A stretch of 64,000 bases of DNA from Candidatus Cloacimonadales bacterium (GTDB lineage Bacteria; Cloacimonadota; Cloacimonadia; Cloacimonadales; DAONDQ01), in assembly GCA_963662275.1 (NCBI GenBank), contig OY759316.1, positions 480,001 through 544,000 of the forward strand, read 5' to 3'. The notes under the pieces were generated by a model. The model was not told the origin of the DNA and ran no database searches. It worked only from the letters and a program-made list of their open reading frames with translations. The stretch's first letter is position 1, and every line of letters begins with the position of its first letter. The position numbers and the translations under genes were made by a program. Positions 11,447 through 20,888 of the stretch are shown one piece after another.

Positions 11447-12268
11447 ATGGAGGAAAACATGTTGGTGAACTTTGTTGAAATCAGCAGTATCGACCTTGGA
11501 GATGAGCAGCATTACTGGGGCTTGATAGACGGGGGACAGCTTGTATTCCTGAATAAAGGAAAAGACTTATCCCCGTTAATAAAGAAAGAACCTACCCAGT
11601 GCCAGGAATTCACGATCATGGATGAGACTGTCAAAATATCTAAATGGATGCTGAAAAAGGTCAAAAATATGGCAATTCCCCAGGATAAGCTGTTAGAAAC
11701 GGCAAGACTGCTGATCTGCGACCGTAAGGGACTCTATACGCTGTTTCACCTCATCTATGCCAAACTGGATATGCCTCTCAACAAAGAAGAACTTTTCAAA
11801 CATAACAAAGATGACTGGTATAAATTCCTTTTTCATGAGCTTTATGAAGAATGGAAAGCCTATGATGAAGAAAAGGAACCTGACGAAAAACTGCGGATTT
11901 TGGAACTGGATGAATACTGGCAGCGGACAACCAAACCGGCTCTCTTTCAAAAGTGGATGAAAACAAACCCAGCATTTGTACTGCGTTGTGTGGGAGATAA
12001 ATATCACCTGGAAAAAGACCAGATCAAGCTGTTAACTCCAGGGCAAGCGATTAACCTTCTTTTAGAATCGCATAATGACATGGATAACCGCGCAATCAGC
12101 ATCTATTTACCAGATGGAAAACAACTTGGCTACTTGCGGAAACCTGTGGCACGTAAACTTTATGATCGCTTGAATTATGAAAAATGGACGGCTTCAATAT
12201 CCTGGGTGGATGCTGAACAATACGCAAATTACCGTATCATTGTGGCTTTGGATTTCTGTGTGGAGTAG
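11447..12268 (+). CDS. HIRAN-domain protein
   Basis: C-terminal ESHNDMDNRAI...GKQLGYL matches the HIRAN E..N..D..AI...GY pattern. Confidence 0.75.
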   Translation: MEENMLVNFVEISSIDLGDEQHYWGLIDGGQLVFLNKGKDLSPLIKKEPTQCQEFTIMDETVKISKWMLKKVKNMAIPQDKLLETARLLICDRKGLYTLFHLIYAKLDMPLNKEELFKHNKDDWYKFLFHELYEEWKAYDEEKEPDEKLRILELDEYWQRTTKPALFQKWMKTNPAFVLRCVGDKYHLEKDQIKLLTPGQAINLLLESHNDMDNRAISIYLPDGKQLGYLRKPVARKLYDRLNYEKWTASISWVDAEQYANYRIIVALDFCVE

Positions 12269-12283
12269 GATTCTGATCCTACT
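12259..12283 (+). repeat. GTGG-hairpin REP-like element overlapping the HIRAN gene stop codon
   Basis: tgtggagtaggattctgatcctact versus tgtggagtaagattccgatcttact (33807-33831), with a compensatory stem change. Confidence 0.75.
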
Positions 12284-12361
12284 AAACCTATCGTTCCTGT
12301 TAAAATGATCGTGAATGATGATTCATAATCATTATGCTGATTTGAAAAAAAGTAGTAAATA

Positions 12362-12510
12362 ACAATCCACTATCATTCCACATGAATTATACCAAGTTAA
12401 ATCCAAGTTCATACCAATCCCATACCAATCACATTCCTGTTTAACGAAACAGGAATGAAACTGGTATCAAACAGGATTGAAACAGGATTGAACAGGAATA
12501 AATTAAGTGG
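12362..12510. repeat. Palindromic array of 11-bp repeats (aaacaggattg family) with conserved flank
   Basis: Inverted arms of 11-mers. The flank acaatccactatcattccacatgaattataccaag matches the reverse complement of 34710-34747. Confidence 0.85.
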
Positions 12511-12564
12511 TTCATAAGAGTCGCTTGTTTATAATCGATTAATTATAGGCGATACGTACTTTAC

Positions 12565-12823
12565 ATGAAAGCTGAGGATTTGGAGTTCAAATGCCCTAAA
12601 CAAATTATCATTGAATACTTGATTAAAAGGGCATTCGGACTTCAAACCCGACCTTTCATCATCGGTAGCGAAAACCAGTTTTCAGGGAAGTTCAATATTA
12701 CATTTAACTAAACAATAGATTATTATCATTTTAAATCGTTAATTTTCGCTAATGCCGAAGTCCGCAATTCCTATAAATTGGTAGTAGTATGGTTGTTTTC
12801 GTAGGAATTTTGAACTCCGGCAT
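12565..12823. repeat. Two long imperfect inverted repeats (12565-12659 and 12752-12823)
   Basis: Stems of about 32 bp and 22 bp, both carrying a g(g/a)agt(t/c)c core. Confidence 0.6.
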
Positions 12824-12874
12824 GCTTGTCTGGACTTTTTTCCACAGAGTCGAATTTCATAATTTGTAATTATG

Positions 12875-12907
12875 AAAAAAGAGCAGACTTTTCAGTCTGC
12901 TCTTTTT
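12875..12907. terminator. Rho-independent terminator (bidirectional form)
   Basis: aaaaaagagcagac-tttt-cagtctgctcttttt, downstream of the rubredoxin gene. Confidence 0.88.
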
Positions 12908-12917
12908 ACATAATGAG

Positions 12918-13058
12918 TTAGTCTATCGGTACAAACATATCTTTTCCAACTCCACATTCCGGGCAAACCCAGTCTTCGGGAAGGCTATCAAAAGATACAT
13001 TAGCATGTTCTGCGGGATCGTAGATATAACCGCAAGCTTCGCATTGATATTTTTGCAT
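12918..13058 (-). CDS. Rubredoxin (46 aa, absent from the ORF track)
   Basis: [46 protein letters not shown]; two CxxC motifs; RBS aaggag. Confidence 0.95.
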   Translation of the reverse strand: MQKYQCEACGYIYDPAEHANVSFDSLPEDWVCPECGVGKDMFVPID

Positions 13059-13073
13059 AATATTCTCCTTGTG

Positions 13074-13667
13074 TTAATAATTTTCAATGAACATTTCAAA
13101 AAATGCTTGTGGATGTGCACATACAGGACAAGTGATTGGTGGTTCAGCACTTTCAAAGATATAACCGCATTCACGGCATCTCCAGAATACTTTCCCATCT
13201 TTCTTAAAGACTTCATGATTCATGACATTGTGCAAGAGTTTCTTATATCTGTTTTCGTGTTGCACTTCCACTTTCGCAACCATACGGAAAAGTACCGCAA
13301 CATCACGAAATCCTTCATCTTCTGCGATATCAGCAAACAGAGGATACAGATAAGACCATTCCTCATTCTCGCCTTTAACTGCAAATTCAAGATTTTTCTG
13401 TGTGCTATCAGGTGCCCAGAAAACGGGATAAGCTGCTGTGATTTCAATCCCTTCTCCGGTCATTCCGTATTCAACTAATTTGGAAAGAAAGAGTTTTGCA
13501 TGTACTCTTTCGTTATCAGCGGTTTCAAGAAAGATACCGGCGATGTGTTCAAAACCTTCTTTTTGGGCTGTTCTTGCTGCATAAGTGTAACGATTTCGAG
13601 CTTGAGATTCTCCGGCAAACGCTTTTAATAAGTTTTCCGCAGTTCTTGTTCCTTTCAGATCTGACAT
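13074..13667 (-). CDS. rbr: Rubrerythrin
   Basis: AFAGESQARNRY, ExxH motifs, and a C-terminal CRECG...CPVC rubredoxin domain. Confidence 0.96.
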   Translation of the reverse strand: MSDLKGTRTAENLLKAFAGESQARNRYTYAARTAQKEGFEHIAGIFLETADNERVHAKLFLSKLVEYGMTGEGIEITAAYPVFWAPDSTQKNLEFAVKGENEEWSYLYPLFADIAEDEGFRDVAVLFRMVAKVEVQHENRYKKLLHNVMNHEVFKKDGKVFWRCRECGYIFESAEPPITCPVCAHPQAFFEMFIENY

Positions 13668-13680
13668 ATATGATTACCTC

Positions 13681-14061
13681 CTATGAGTTGATCCATAATC
13701 CGTGTACGGTACAGTATTCACGTGCATTTTTTACATCTTTCATTTCGATAGGGAAAAAAGCTTCAGGTTTCATTCCGGGTTTCAAATCTTCACGTAGCGT
13801 CAGTAGTTCTGTTGTAACTTCGATCCAGGCAATATAATGTTCAGCCAGCATCGGGTGTTCTTGGGAGCCAACCTTAACCAAGATTCCACCTGGGGCAATT
13901 TCGATGACGGGAATGTGTTTTTCTTTAGAAGCTTCAACAGTATTTTCCACTAAAAGATGCATTTCTTCACCGCAGCAAACCGGTATAGGTCCTCCGGCGA
14001 CAAGTATTTCTATTACATTCCCACAGTGTTTACATTGATAGACTTGTTTGATTGCGTTCAT
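13681..14061 (-). CDS. dfx: Desulfoferrodoxin (superoxide reductase)
   Basis: CKHCGN...CCG, EKHIP, HPM, HYI and YCTVHGLW motifs. Confidence 0.96.
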   Translation of the reverse strand: MNAIKQVYQCKHCGNVIEILVAGGPIPVCCGEEMHLLVENTVEASKEKHIPVIEIAPGGILVKVGSQEHPMLAEHYIAWIEVTTELLTLREDLKPGMKPEAFFPIEMKDVKNAREYCTVHGLWINS

Positions 14062-14158
14062 TGTTCCTCCATTTTTTAGTCTTTTTAATAAAATATGCTA
14101 TTCTTGAGGAATATGCCAACCTAATTTTGAATTTAAAAATCTTATTTTATTCTTTCAT

Positions 14159-14182
14159 TGTCAATGAGAATTATTCATGATT
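14159..14182 (-). promoter_or_regulatory. Possible Fur/PerR-like box overlapping a TTGACA -35 element upstream of dfx-rbr-rubredoxin
   Basis: aatgagaattattcatgatt resembles the Fur-family consensus; TTGACA on the minus strand at 14164-14159. Confidence 0.35.
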
Positions 14183-14387
14183 CTTCGAAATCCATGTGTA
14201 TGAATCTGTATAGTCTTCGAGAAAAAGAGGAAATATAGAAAGAATGAACAACAAACCAATAGAGTTCGTATATATTTTTTCATGTAATAAAACCATAAAA
14301 ATACTTGACTAATTTAATGCAATTACTAAAAATAAATTTGTTTCTATGTAGGGATAATATAACAGAATATACTAGGAGGGAGTTAAA

Positions 14388-15746
14388 ATGGATAGTCTTA
14401 TCAATCTTACCGCGTTTCTTTTAATTCTAAGCTTAATCACAGAAAAGATTTCTGATTTCATCAAACTTCATTTTAAAGACTTGGCAATGGAAAAGACAGA
14501 CCCCGTAGCGGAAAACGAACGTCAAAGAACAATCCAGAGAGTCACCATCCTCATAGGAATAGGTGTCTCTTTGACTGCAAACGCAAATTTCTTTTCCTTT
14601 TTCAAGGAGATCATCAGTCTTTCCTGGTATCAGTTTGCACCTGTTAATCACATATTGAATGTCATTGCTTCTCTAATAGGTTGCATCCTGACTGGGTTTT
14701 TTCTAAGTACAGGATCCGTATTCTTTCATGACTTGTTGAGTATGTTGTTTGAGGTGAAGAATTTGAAGAAAAAACTCAATACTCAAGCAGCAGAAGAATT
14801 CAAGAATATTAAGGAGGTCGACCAATTTATTCAAAGAGATGAATTCGAATTTCTCCAAAAAGTTACTGAAGATTTTCAGAAAAAACTAATGAAAATCGAA
14901 AATGTCGGAAGTGTGACTTTACCTTATTGTGAAGATAAACCATCTATCAACGTCTATGTAAACAGCCAGTTCAATACAGACACTCTGATACCTAAGAAAT
15001 TCCCTTATGCTGATTTGAATGGAAAACTCAAACAAATTGATGTCGTCATTATCAAAGACTTTGAACCTGTTTTACATGCAACTATTTTAAACCCGGGTGA
15101 TCGTATTATGAATCAGGTTCCCTATCCCAAGAATGCCGGTTCGCTGGGAGGGAGAGTTTTTCATAACGCAACAAATGATGCCTTATTTTTGACTTGTTAC
15201 CATGTCGTAAAATCTCCAAATCAATTATGGAATAATTTTAATCCAAAATGCGCCCCCAATGTTGTAGATAATAATGTGAATATAGCTTCCTGTGGGCGCA
15301 TTGTATTTGCTTTACGAGATATGTATCTGGATGTTGCTGTTGTTCAACCTGCACCAGATGTTGTGATTTCTGATTTGGTAAATGGAATTGGTATTCCAAT
15401 TCATACCCGCCAACTCAATGGTAATGATAGGTTCTATCACACAAGAGTCAAAATGTTTGGAATGATGTCAGGATTGAAAGAAGGGATTATCTATGACTTT
15501 GGTAAATCAGTTGAATTACCCTATCAGGCAGATCCTGTCACACCCAGTCATAAACATACTTTATACAACGTCATTGTTATCCAGGGGAAAAATGGTCAGT
15601 TTTTCTCTCAAGGTGGTGATTCAGGTTCGTTTATTATCGATGATCATAATTATCTAATTGGAATTTTGGTCGGAGGCTATGGTAATTTAAGTTTCGCAAT
15701 GCCAATAGAAACTATATTGACTGAGACTAATACGAAAATCATTTAG
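14388..15746 (+). CDS. Membrane-anchored trypsin-like (S1/Nal1-like) serine protease
   Basis: About 3 N-terminal TM segments; triad motifs LTCYHV, DVAVV and GGDSGS; RBS aggagg. Confidence 0.82.
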   Translation: MDSLINLTAFLLILSLITEKISDFIKLHFKDLAMEKTDPVAENERQRTIQRVTILIGIGVSLTANANFFSFFKEIISLSWYQFAPVNHILNVIASLIGCILTGFFLSTGSVFFHDLLSMLFEVKNLKKKLNTQAAEEFKNIKEVDQFIQRDEFEFLQKVTEDFQKKLMKIENVGSVTLPYCEDKPSINVYVNSQFNTDTLIPKKFPYADLNGKLKQIDVVIIKDFEPVLHATILNPGDRIMNQVPYPKNAGSLGGRVFHNATNDALFLTCYHVVKSPNQLWNNFNPKCAPNVVDNNVNIASCGRIVFALRDMYLDVAVVQPAPDVVISDLVNGIGIPIHTRQLNGNDRFYHTRVKMFGMMSGLKEGIIYDFGKSVELPYQADPVTPSHKHTLYNVIVIQGKNGQFFSQGGDSGSFIIDDHNYLIGILVGGYGNLSFAMPIETILTETNTKII

Positions 15747-15754
15747 GAGGATCT

Positions 15755-17074
15755 ATGAAACACTATCTCTCTTTTATCCTTTTATTTAGTTTATGTTCTT
15801 TTTGCTTTGCTGTTTCGAATATGTTTGAAGTACAAATTGTGAAAAAAGGAACTCCACAAGAATTCAGCCTATTAGGTAATCCATATTGGTACGCTGATTT
15901 TGGGTCAAATATCACCGTGAAGAATGTTGGTGATATCAAAGCAGAATTCACAGTAAAGAGTGAAAACATCACTAACGTACAATTTAATCAAAAAGATAAC
16001 AGTGTTACCTTTAAAGTGAAGGATGATATTAAGGATCCAATTGAAGTAACATTAGAAGCAAATGGTGTAAAAACATATCAAAACAAGATAACAAATACGA
16101 ACGTTGACAAGCCTGATCCTGATAAACCACCTGTGACAGAAAATCAGCTATATATTGATGACACTGTCATCAATAGCTTTGGATTATCTTGGAGCAATTA
16201 CCAAATAGAAAATAACAGAGCTACCTATCTTTTTGATATGAATGGTCAATTATGGGGTAGAGCTCCTGTAAATGTCGATGCGGATGATAGTATTGATGTG
16301 TATTTGATAGTTCCCGATACAACATATGCGATCAAGATAAATGGTGAATATTGTGCAACTCCAATATCCATTCAGCCACATGCTGCTTATAATGCCAATC
16401 TTGAGGGTACCGGTGATGAGCCTATTGTTGTAAATGGGTTCAAATGCTTACATCACACATACGGTCCATATACATCAGACCAGATTGACATAATTTTGAT
16501 TCATAATAAGAAGCAGTTTTTACAATTTCCAGTAAAAATCAACAAATTGTACAATGTGGCTATGGGAGTTTCATTTGTTTCATCGAATCTACACAGACCT
16601 AAGTTTGTCATTGAATCTCTGACAACTACTTCAAACACTATCAACAAAATAGATGCCAGCAGCAGATCATTAACGATTTTGAACATTATATTCTACTGGA
16701 AACCAACATATGATTGTGTTCATGATTGGTTTAGCCATAATCGTCGAGATAGAAGTATCACTAGAGGCAGAGATGTTTTGAAGGAACCTCGCTTCATGGA
16801 AAGAATAAACCCCACATTTGGAGTACCCATAAGCAAGGAATGGAAAAATGGATTATTTACTGGTTTTACATTGGAATTTGCACGCGGAGGTTCATTCATT
16901 GCAGGTGGACATTATGGTGAGATTGAACAACTAGCTAATCAGGATTTTAAACTCGGAGAGGATGAATTCATAGGAACAAAAGATGATATTCAACTCACTC
17001 ATGTATATAAATGGAGTGGTTTTATTGGCATTTCTCTCGATACAAGTGTGTTGAAATTACTTTTCGAAAAATAA
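15755..17074 (+). CDS. Secreted hypothetical protein with Ig-like N-terminus and beta-rich C-terminus
   Basis: Signal peptide and a PDPDKPP linker; starts 8 bp after the protease stop with RBS aggagg. Confidence 0.7.
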   Translation: MKHYLSFILLFSLCSFCFAVSNMFEVQIVKKGTPQEFSLLGNPYWYADFGSNITVKNVGDIKAEFTVKSENITNVQFNQKDNSVTFKVKDDIKDPIEVTLEANGVKTYQNKITNTNVDKPDPDKPPVTENQLYIDDTVINSFGLSWSNYQIENNRATYLFDMNGQLWGRAPVNVDADDSIDVYLIVPDTTYAIKINGEYCATPISIQPHAAYNANLEGTGDEPIVVNGFKCLHHTYGPYTSDQIDIILIHNKKQFLQFPVKINKLYNVAMGVSFVSSNLHRPKFVIESLTTTSNTINKIDASSRSLTILNIIFYWKPTYDCVHDWFSHNRRDRSITRGRDVLKEPRFMERINPTFGVPISKEWKNGLFTGFTLEFARGGSFIAGGHYGEIEQLANQDFKLGEDEFIGTKDDIQLTHVYKWSGFIGISLDTSVLKLLFEK

Positions 17075-17345
17075 GCAATTCTGAAATCAACATAATATAG
17101 CAGCGTGTAATAAGGTGAGTCGGAGGGCAATTTAATGTAAATATTCTCATCTTTTACATGTGCAATTCCTGTGTATTCAGAAGTTCTTTTCAGTATATTC
17201 TAGATTAAGATAATTTTTCTTTACAAAAGTGTGAAATTCATTATTATTCATTTCGTATTAACTTATTATGTTTTAAGTAAGTAGTATTTATGATACTCAC
17301 AGGAGTGAATAAAAGATTCTTTTAAACAAGAAGAATGGAGGTCAC

Positions 17346-20231
17346 ATGTTACAAAAGAGTATATTGATTACGGATATTGGTAGTACGACAACAAAAACAC
17401 TTCTTTTTGAGAAAGAAAAAAACGATTATGTTCTTCGGGGATTAGCGAATTCTCCGACTACTGTGGAAAAACCTGACGAGGATGTTAAAATTGGGATATA
17501 CCAATCGATTCGGCAACTGGAGAAATCCACAGGTTCAGAACTGTTAAGTTCGGATTCCAATCCACAACAAATGAAAATATCAAAGGAAGTAACTTTCCTT
17601 GCTACCAGCAGCGCCGGGGGTGGATTGCAGATATTGGTGATCGGTCTGACTCTTTTCGAATCCGGAGGAAGTGCAGAACGAGCAGCATTCGGCGCCGGAG
17701 GCGTTCTCCTGGATACAATTGCAATCGATGATAAGCGTTCTGCCTTGGAACAGATGCAACTGATGGAATTCCTGCATCCGGATATCATTCTGTTTTCCGG
17801 GGGAATAGACGGTGGAGCACTTGCAGGTGTGATTCGTTTGGCAGAGATTCTCTCCATTGCTGATCCAAAACCCAAATATAGCATTAAAAACCAAATTCCC
17901 CTGATATTTGCAGGAAATAAGGATGCTCATGAATTCATTGAATCTGTTCTCGCGGGTAAGTTTGACGTGCAGTTGCTACCCAATGTAAGACCCACGATGG
18001 AAGTTGAGAACCTTGAACCTGTCACAGACAAGATTCATGAGATATTCCTGGAAAATGTGATGGAACAGGCTCCCGGCTATGCAGCCGTGAAACAACTGAC
18101 ATCGGCTCCAATCATTCCAACACCCTCAGGAGTACTGAATGATATGCGTTTACTTCAACGCTTTGAAGGAGAAAACATATTGACGGTCGATATTGGTGGT
18201 GCGACAACAGATGTGTTCTCTACCATACTGGGAACATGCTATCGAACTGTTAGTGCTAATTATGGACTCAGTTACAGCATTGCCAATGTTTTAAAAAACT
18301 GTGGAATTGAGAAAATATCACGGTGGCTTCCTGCCGATTTATCCCCAGTGATTATTCGTAATTATATCTACAATAAAATGCTGTTTCCCACTCACATCCC
18401 AACCGATGACCTGGAACTTGCCATTGAACAGGCAACTGCCATTGAAGCGATCAGGATGTCCGTTGAACAGCATCTGACAATGCATTTCAATATCCAGAAT
18501 TTGGGTTTCTTGGATAAACTGAAAAATAGGGATGTCGATCCGTTCGTAGAGCAGATGTACGTTGAGAAATCCTTGGAACACCGTTCTTTCCATTTAAGAG
18601 AAATACATAAACTTATTGGGTCGGGAGGAATCATTTCCCATGCTCCTGTTAAAGAACAGGCAATGGCAATGCTGATCTGTGGTTTCCAACCGGGCGGGAT
18701 CACTGAATTATGGAGAGATAAGGATTTCATCTCTCCACACTTGGGAATCCTAAGCAATCTTGATCCCGAATTAGCGTATCAGCTATTAAAGAAAGACTGT
18801 TATGAAAAGCTTGCGATTCATGTAAAACCATATATGAAACAAGGTCACTCAAATAAAACTATTCTTACACTTGAAAGCAAGAGCAATGGCAAATCATTGA
18901 AAAGAGATTTCGGTGTTGGGTGTTTTGAGATCATCTATACTGAAAACGAAACTATATATGCAATTCATACACATGAAGGTAACTATCTGGATGAAAAGAA
19001 GCATGATTCAGAAATTAAAACTACGTTACCACTGATCATCGATACCAGGCTGGAAAAAGACCAGGATTCCTGGAATTATCTGAAACTTCTTGGTAAATAC
19101 AATATTGCTGATTCGAAATCAATAAATGTCGGATTCCATGAAGTAAAGAATGATCAAATCAAAATTACAACAGGTATTCAAAGTTTGGAATCTTCTTTAC
19201 CCTATCCTGGTGATATCATGGTTAATTCTGGAGTGAAAGTGAAACCAGACACTGTGTTGGGACAGAATTCCTATGGACCACCCCGGTTATTTGTTGTTCA
19301 AATCATGTCACTCCTTGGACCTGTCTTCACTCCTGAAATGATGGAATCGGGTTTAAAAGTCCAAAGAAATGACAAGGTGGAAGTCGGACAGGTGATTTAT
19401 AAACTCACGGTCGATGGATTTATCACTGGACATACGTATGTATATGATTCAAATGTGAGAGGAACCATTGTTAATATCGATACTAGTACAGGAACAATCA
19501 TCATACGTGAAATTCAAGATTATTCTACCAAGCCATACACGATCAATATCGCAGAGCATCTTTGCATGATGCCGAAATATGTAAAACCATATCTGAAAAA
19601 ACACCTGGGTGATTTTGTAAATGCCGGAGAAAAGCTGGCTGTTGATATAAAACGTGGTGTTTGGGTAGAGTCCACTCATACAGGAACAATAACGAATATT
19701 GACTGGAAGAAAGGGACGATGACAATTCAATACCTCCATGATCCGCATGTCTTGATGGCGAATATTCATGGTGTTGTGAAGAATATCGAAAATGAACGTC
19801 ACTTCCTGTTGGAATATGAAGGAACGAGTATCACAGGAATTATTGGATTCGGTCAGGATGCCGGTGGTCCTATTTTCTATACAGAGACACCTACAATCAC
19901 AGAATATTGTGAGGATGGCATTCTTGTCTATACAGGAAAGCCAACTCATGCTGATATTGATGAGTTTGCCCGGAAAGGAATCAACGGACTTATCATACCA
20001 GCAATTGATGGGGATGTTCTCTCCAAATACATTGATGGAGAGATTGGCGTTGCTTTGACAGGGAATGAAAAAATACCATTCCCGATCATTGTCATGGATG
20101 GCTTCGGTGATATGAAGTTTGCAGAAGATGTACAAGGGATGCTGATGAAAAATCAGGGCAAACATGCTTATATGAGACCAAAAACTCAAATACGGGCTGG
20201 AGTGATAAGACCTCAAATAATTATCACATAA
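17346..20231 (+). CDS. GlmL/MutL (glutamate mutase L)-like ASKHA protein fused to a C-terminal barrel-sandwich-hybrid-like region
   Basis: DIGSTTTK, SSAGGGL, DIGGATTDVFS and RTVSANYG motifs; roughly 350 extra C-terminal residues ending TQIRAGVIRPQIII. Confidence 0.8.
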   Translation: MLQKSILITDIGSTTTKTLLFEKEKNDYVLRGLANSPTTVEKPDEDVKIGIYQSIRQLEKSTGSELLSSDSNPQQMKISKEVTFLATSSAGGGLQILVIGLTLFESGGSAERAAFGAGGVLLDTIAIDDKRSALEQMQLMEFLHPDIILFSGGIDGGALAGVIRLAEILSIADPKPKYSIKNQIPLIFAGNKDAHEFIESVLAGKFDVQLLPNVRPTMEVENLEPVTDKIHEIFLENVMEQAPGYAAVKQLTSAPIIPTPSGVLNDMRLLQRFEGENILTVDIGGATTDVFSTILGTCYRTVSANYGLSYSIANVLKNCGIEKISRWLPADLSPVIIRNYIYNKMLFPTHIPTDDLELAIEQATAIEAIRMSVEQHLTMHFNIQNLGFLDKLKNRDVDPFVEQMYVEKSLEHRSFHLREIHKLIGSGGIISHAPVKEQAMAMLICGFQPGGITELWRDKDFISPHLGILSNLDPELAYQLLKKDCYEKLAIHVKPYMKQGHSNKTILTLESKSNGKSLKRDFGVGCFEIIYTENETIYAIHTHEGNYLDEKKHDSEIKTTLPLIIDTRLEKDQDSWNYLKLLGKYNIADSKSINVGFHEVKNDQIKITTGIQSLESSLPYPGDIMVNSGVKVKPDTVLGQNSYGPPRLFVVQIMSLLGPVFTPEMMESGLKVQRNDKVEVGQVIYKLTVDGFITGHTYVYDSNVRGTIVNIDTSTGTIIIREIQDYSTKPYTINIAEHLCMMPKYVKPYLKKHLGDFVNAGEKLAVDIKRGVWVESTHTGTITNIDWKKGTMTIQYLHDPHVLMANIHGVVKNIENERHFLLEYEGTSITGIIGFGQDAGGPIFYTETPTITEYCEDGILVYTGKPTHADIDEFARKGINGLIIPAIDGDVLSKYIDGEIGVALTGNEKIPFPIIVMDGFGDMKFAEDVQGMLMKNQGKHAYMRPKTQIRAGVIRPQIIIT

Positions 20232-20241
20232 CTTGTTCCCC

Positions 20242-20276
20242 AATTCCCCTCACTTGCTTTCAGGTGAGGGGAAATT
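20242..20276 (+). terminator. Terminator-like hairpin
   Basis: ttcccctcactt-gctttc-aggtgaggggaa just after the stop; weak U-tract. Confidence 0.55.
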
Positions 20277-20402
20277 AAAGCAATTTAGACTAAAATATCT
20301 ACTGTGATGATGATTTCTCTTAAAAAAGGAAAATAAAACTTGTCACTTAAATAAGGTTATAATTTGATAACTTATTCAAAAAAATAGAGAATCCTGTTTG
20401 AA

Positions 20403-20840
20403 ATGGAGAAGAAATTAATGAAATGGATAACACATACGCATATTCATGTTGATAGAGCTGCCTGTCCTTGGCTGATCCAGAGGTTTGTTGATGCTCAAGC
20501 TGAATTTCTCTTTGTGGCAAAAGATATTCTCCTTGAAATGGCGGAAAAGGAAGATGCTATTCCGTACGATATTACGGGAGTGGATTTGGGGCACAAGGAT
20601 GGTCACTGTAGTTTTATTTCGATTATGAAAAAATACAGGATCAATGATCCAGCAGTTCTTAAGATTGCAGAAATTGTTAATGCTGCTGATACTCATGCTT
20701 TGGAATCAAATCCTTACGCACCAGGTTTGGAAGCAATCGCTTCGGGCTTTTCACTTTTGTTTCCTGATGACCATATGAATCTTGAACAACAATTTATTGT
20801 ATACGATGCCCTATATGCAATATTTAAAACGAAGCAATGA
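20403..20840 (+). CDS. Chromate resistance protein ChrB-like domain (stand-alone)
   Basis: MKWIT...HVDRAACPWLIQRFVD, H...CSF and YDALY. The true start may be the second Met. Confidence 0.85.
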   Translation: MEKKLMKWITHTHIHVDRAACPWLIQRFVDAQAEFLFVAKDILLEMAEKEDAIPYDITGVDLGHKDGHCSFISIMKKYRINDPAVLKIAEIVNAADTHALESNPYAPGLEAIASGFSLLFPDDHMNLEQQFIVYDALYAIFKTKQ

Positions 20841-20888
20841 TCTGTTAAGTTGCGGAGCTTGATGGAATTTGATATAAATTTTTAAGGG

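Noticed and set aside
12923..13216. 97-aa ORF from the track
   Set aside because: It is an off-frame overlap of rubrerythrin and the real rubredoxin.
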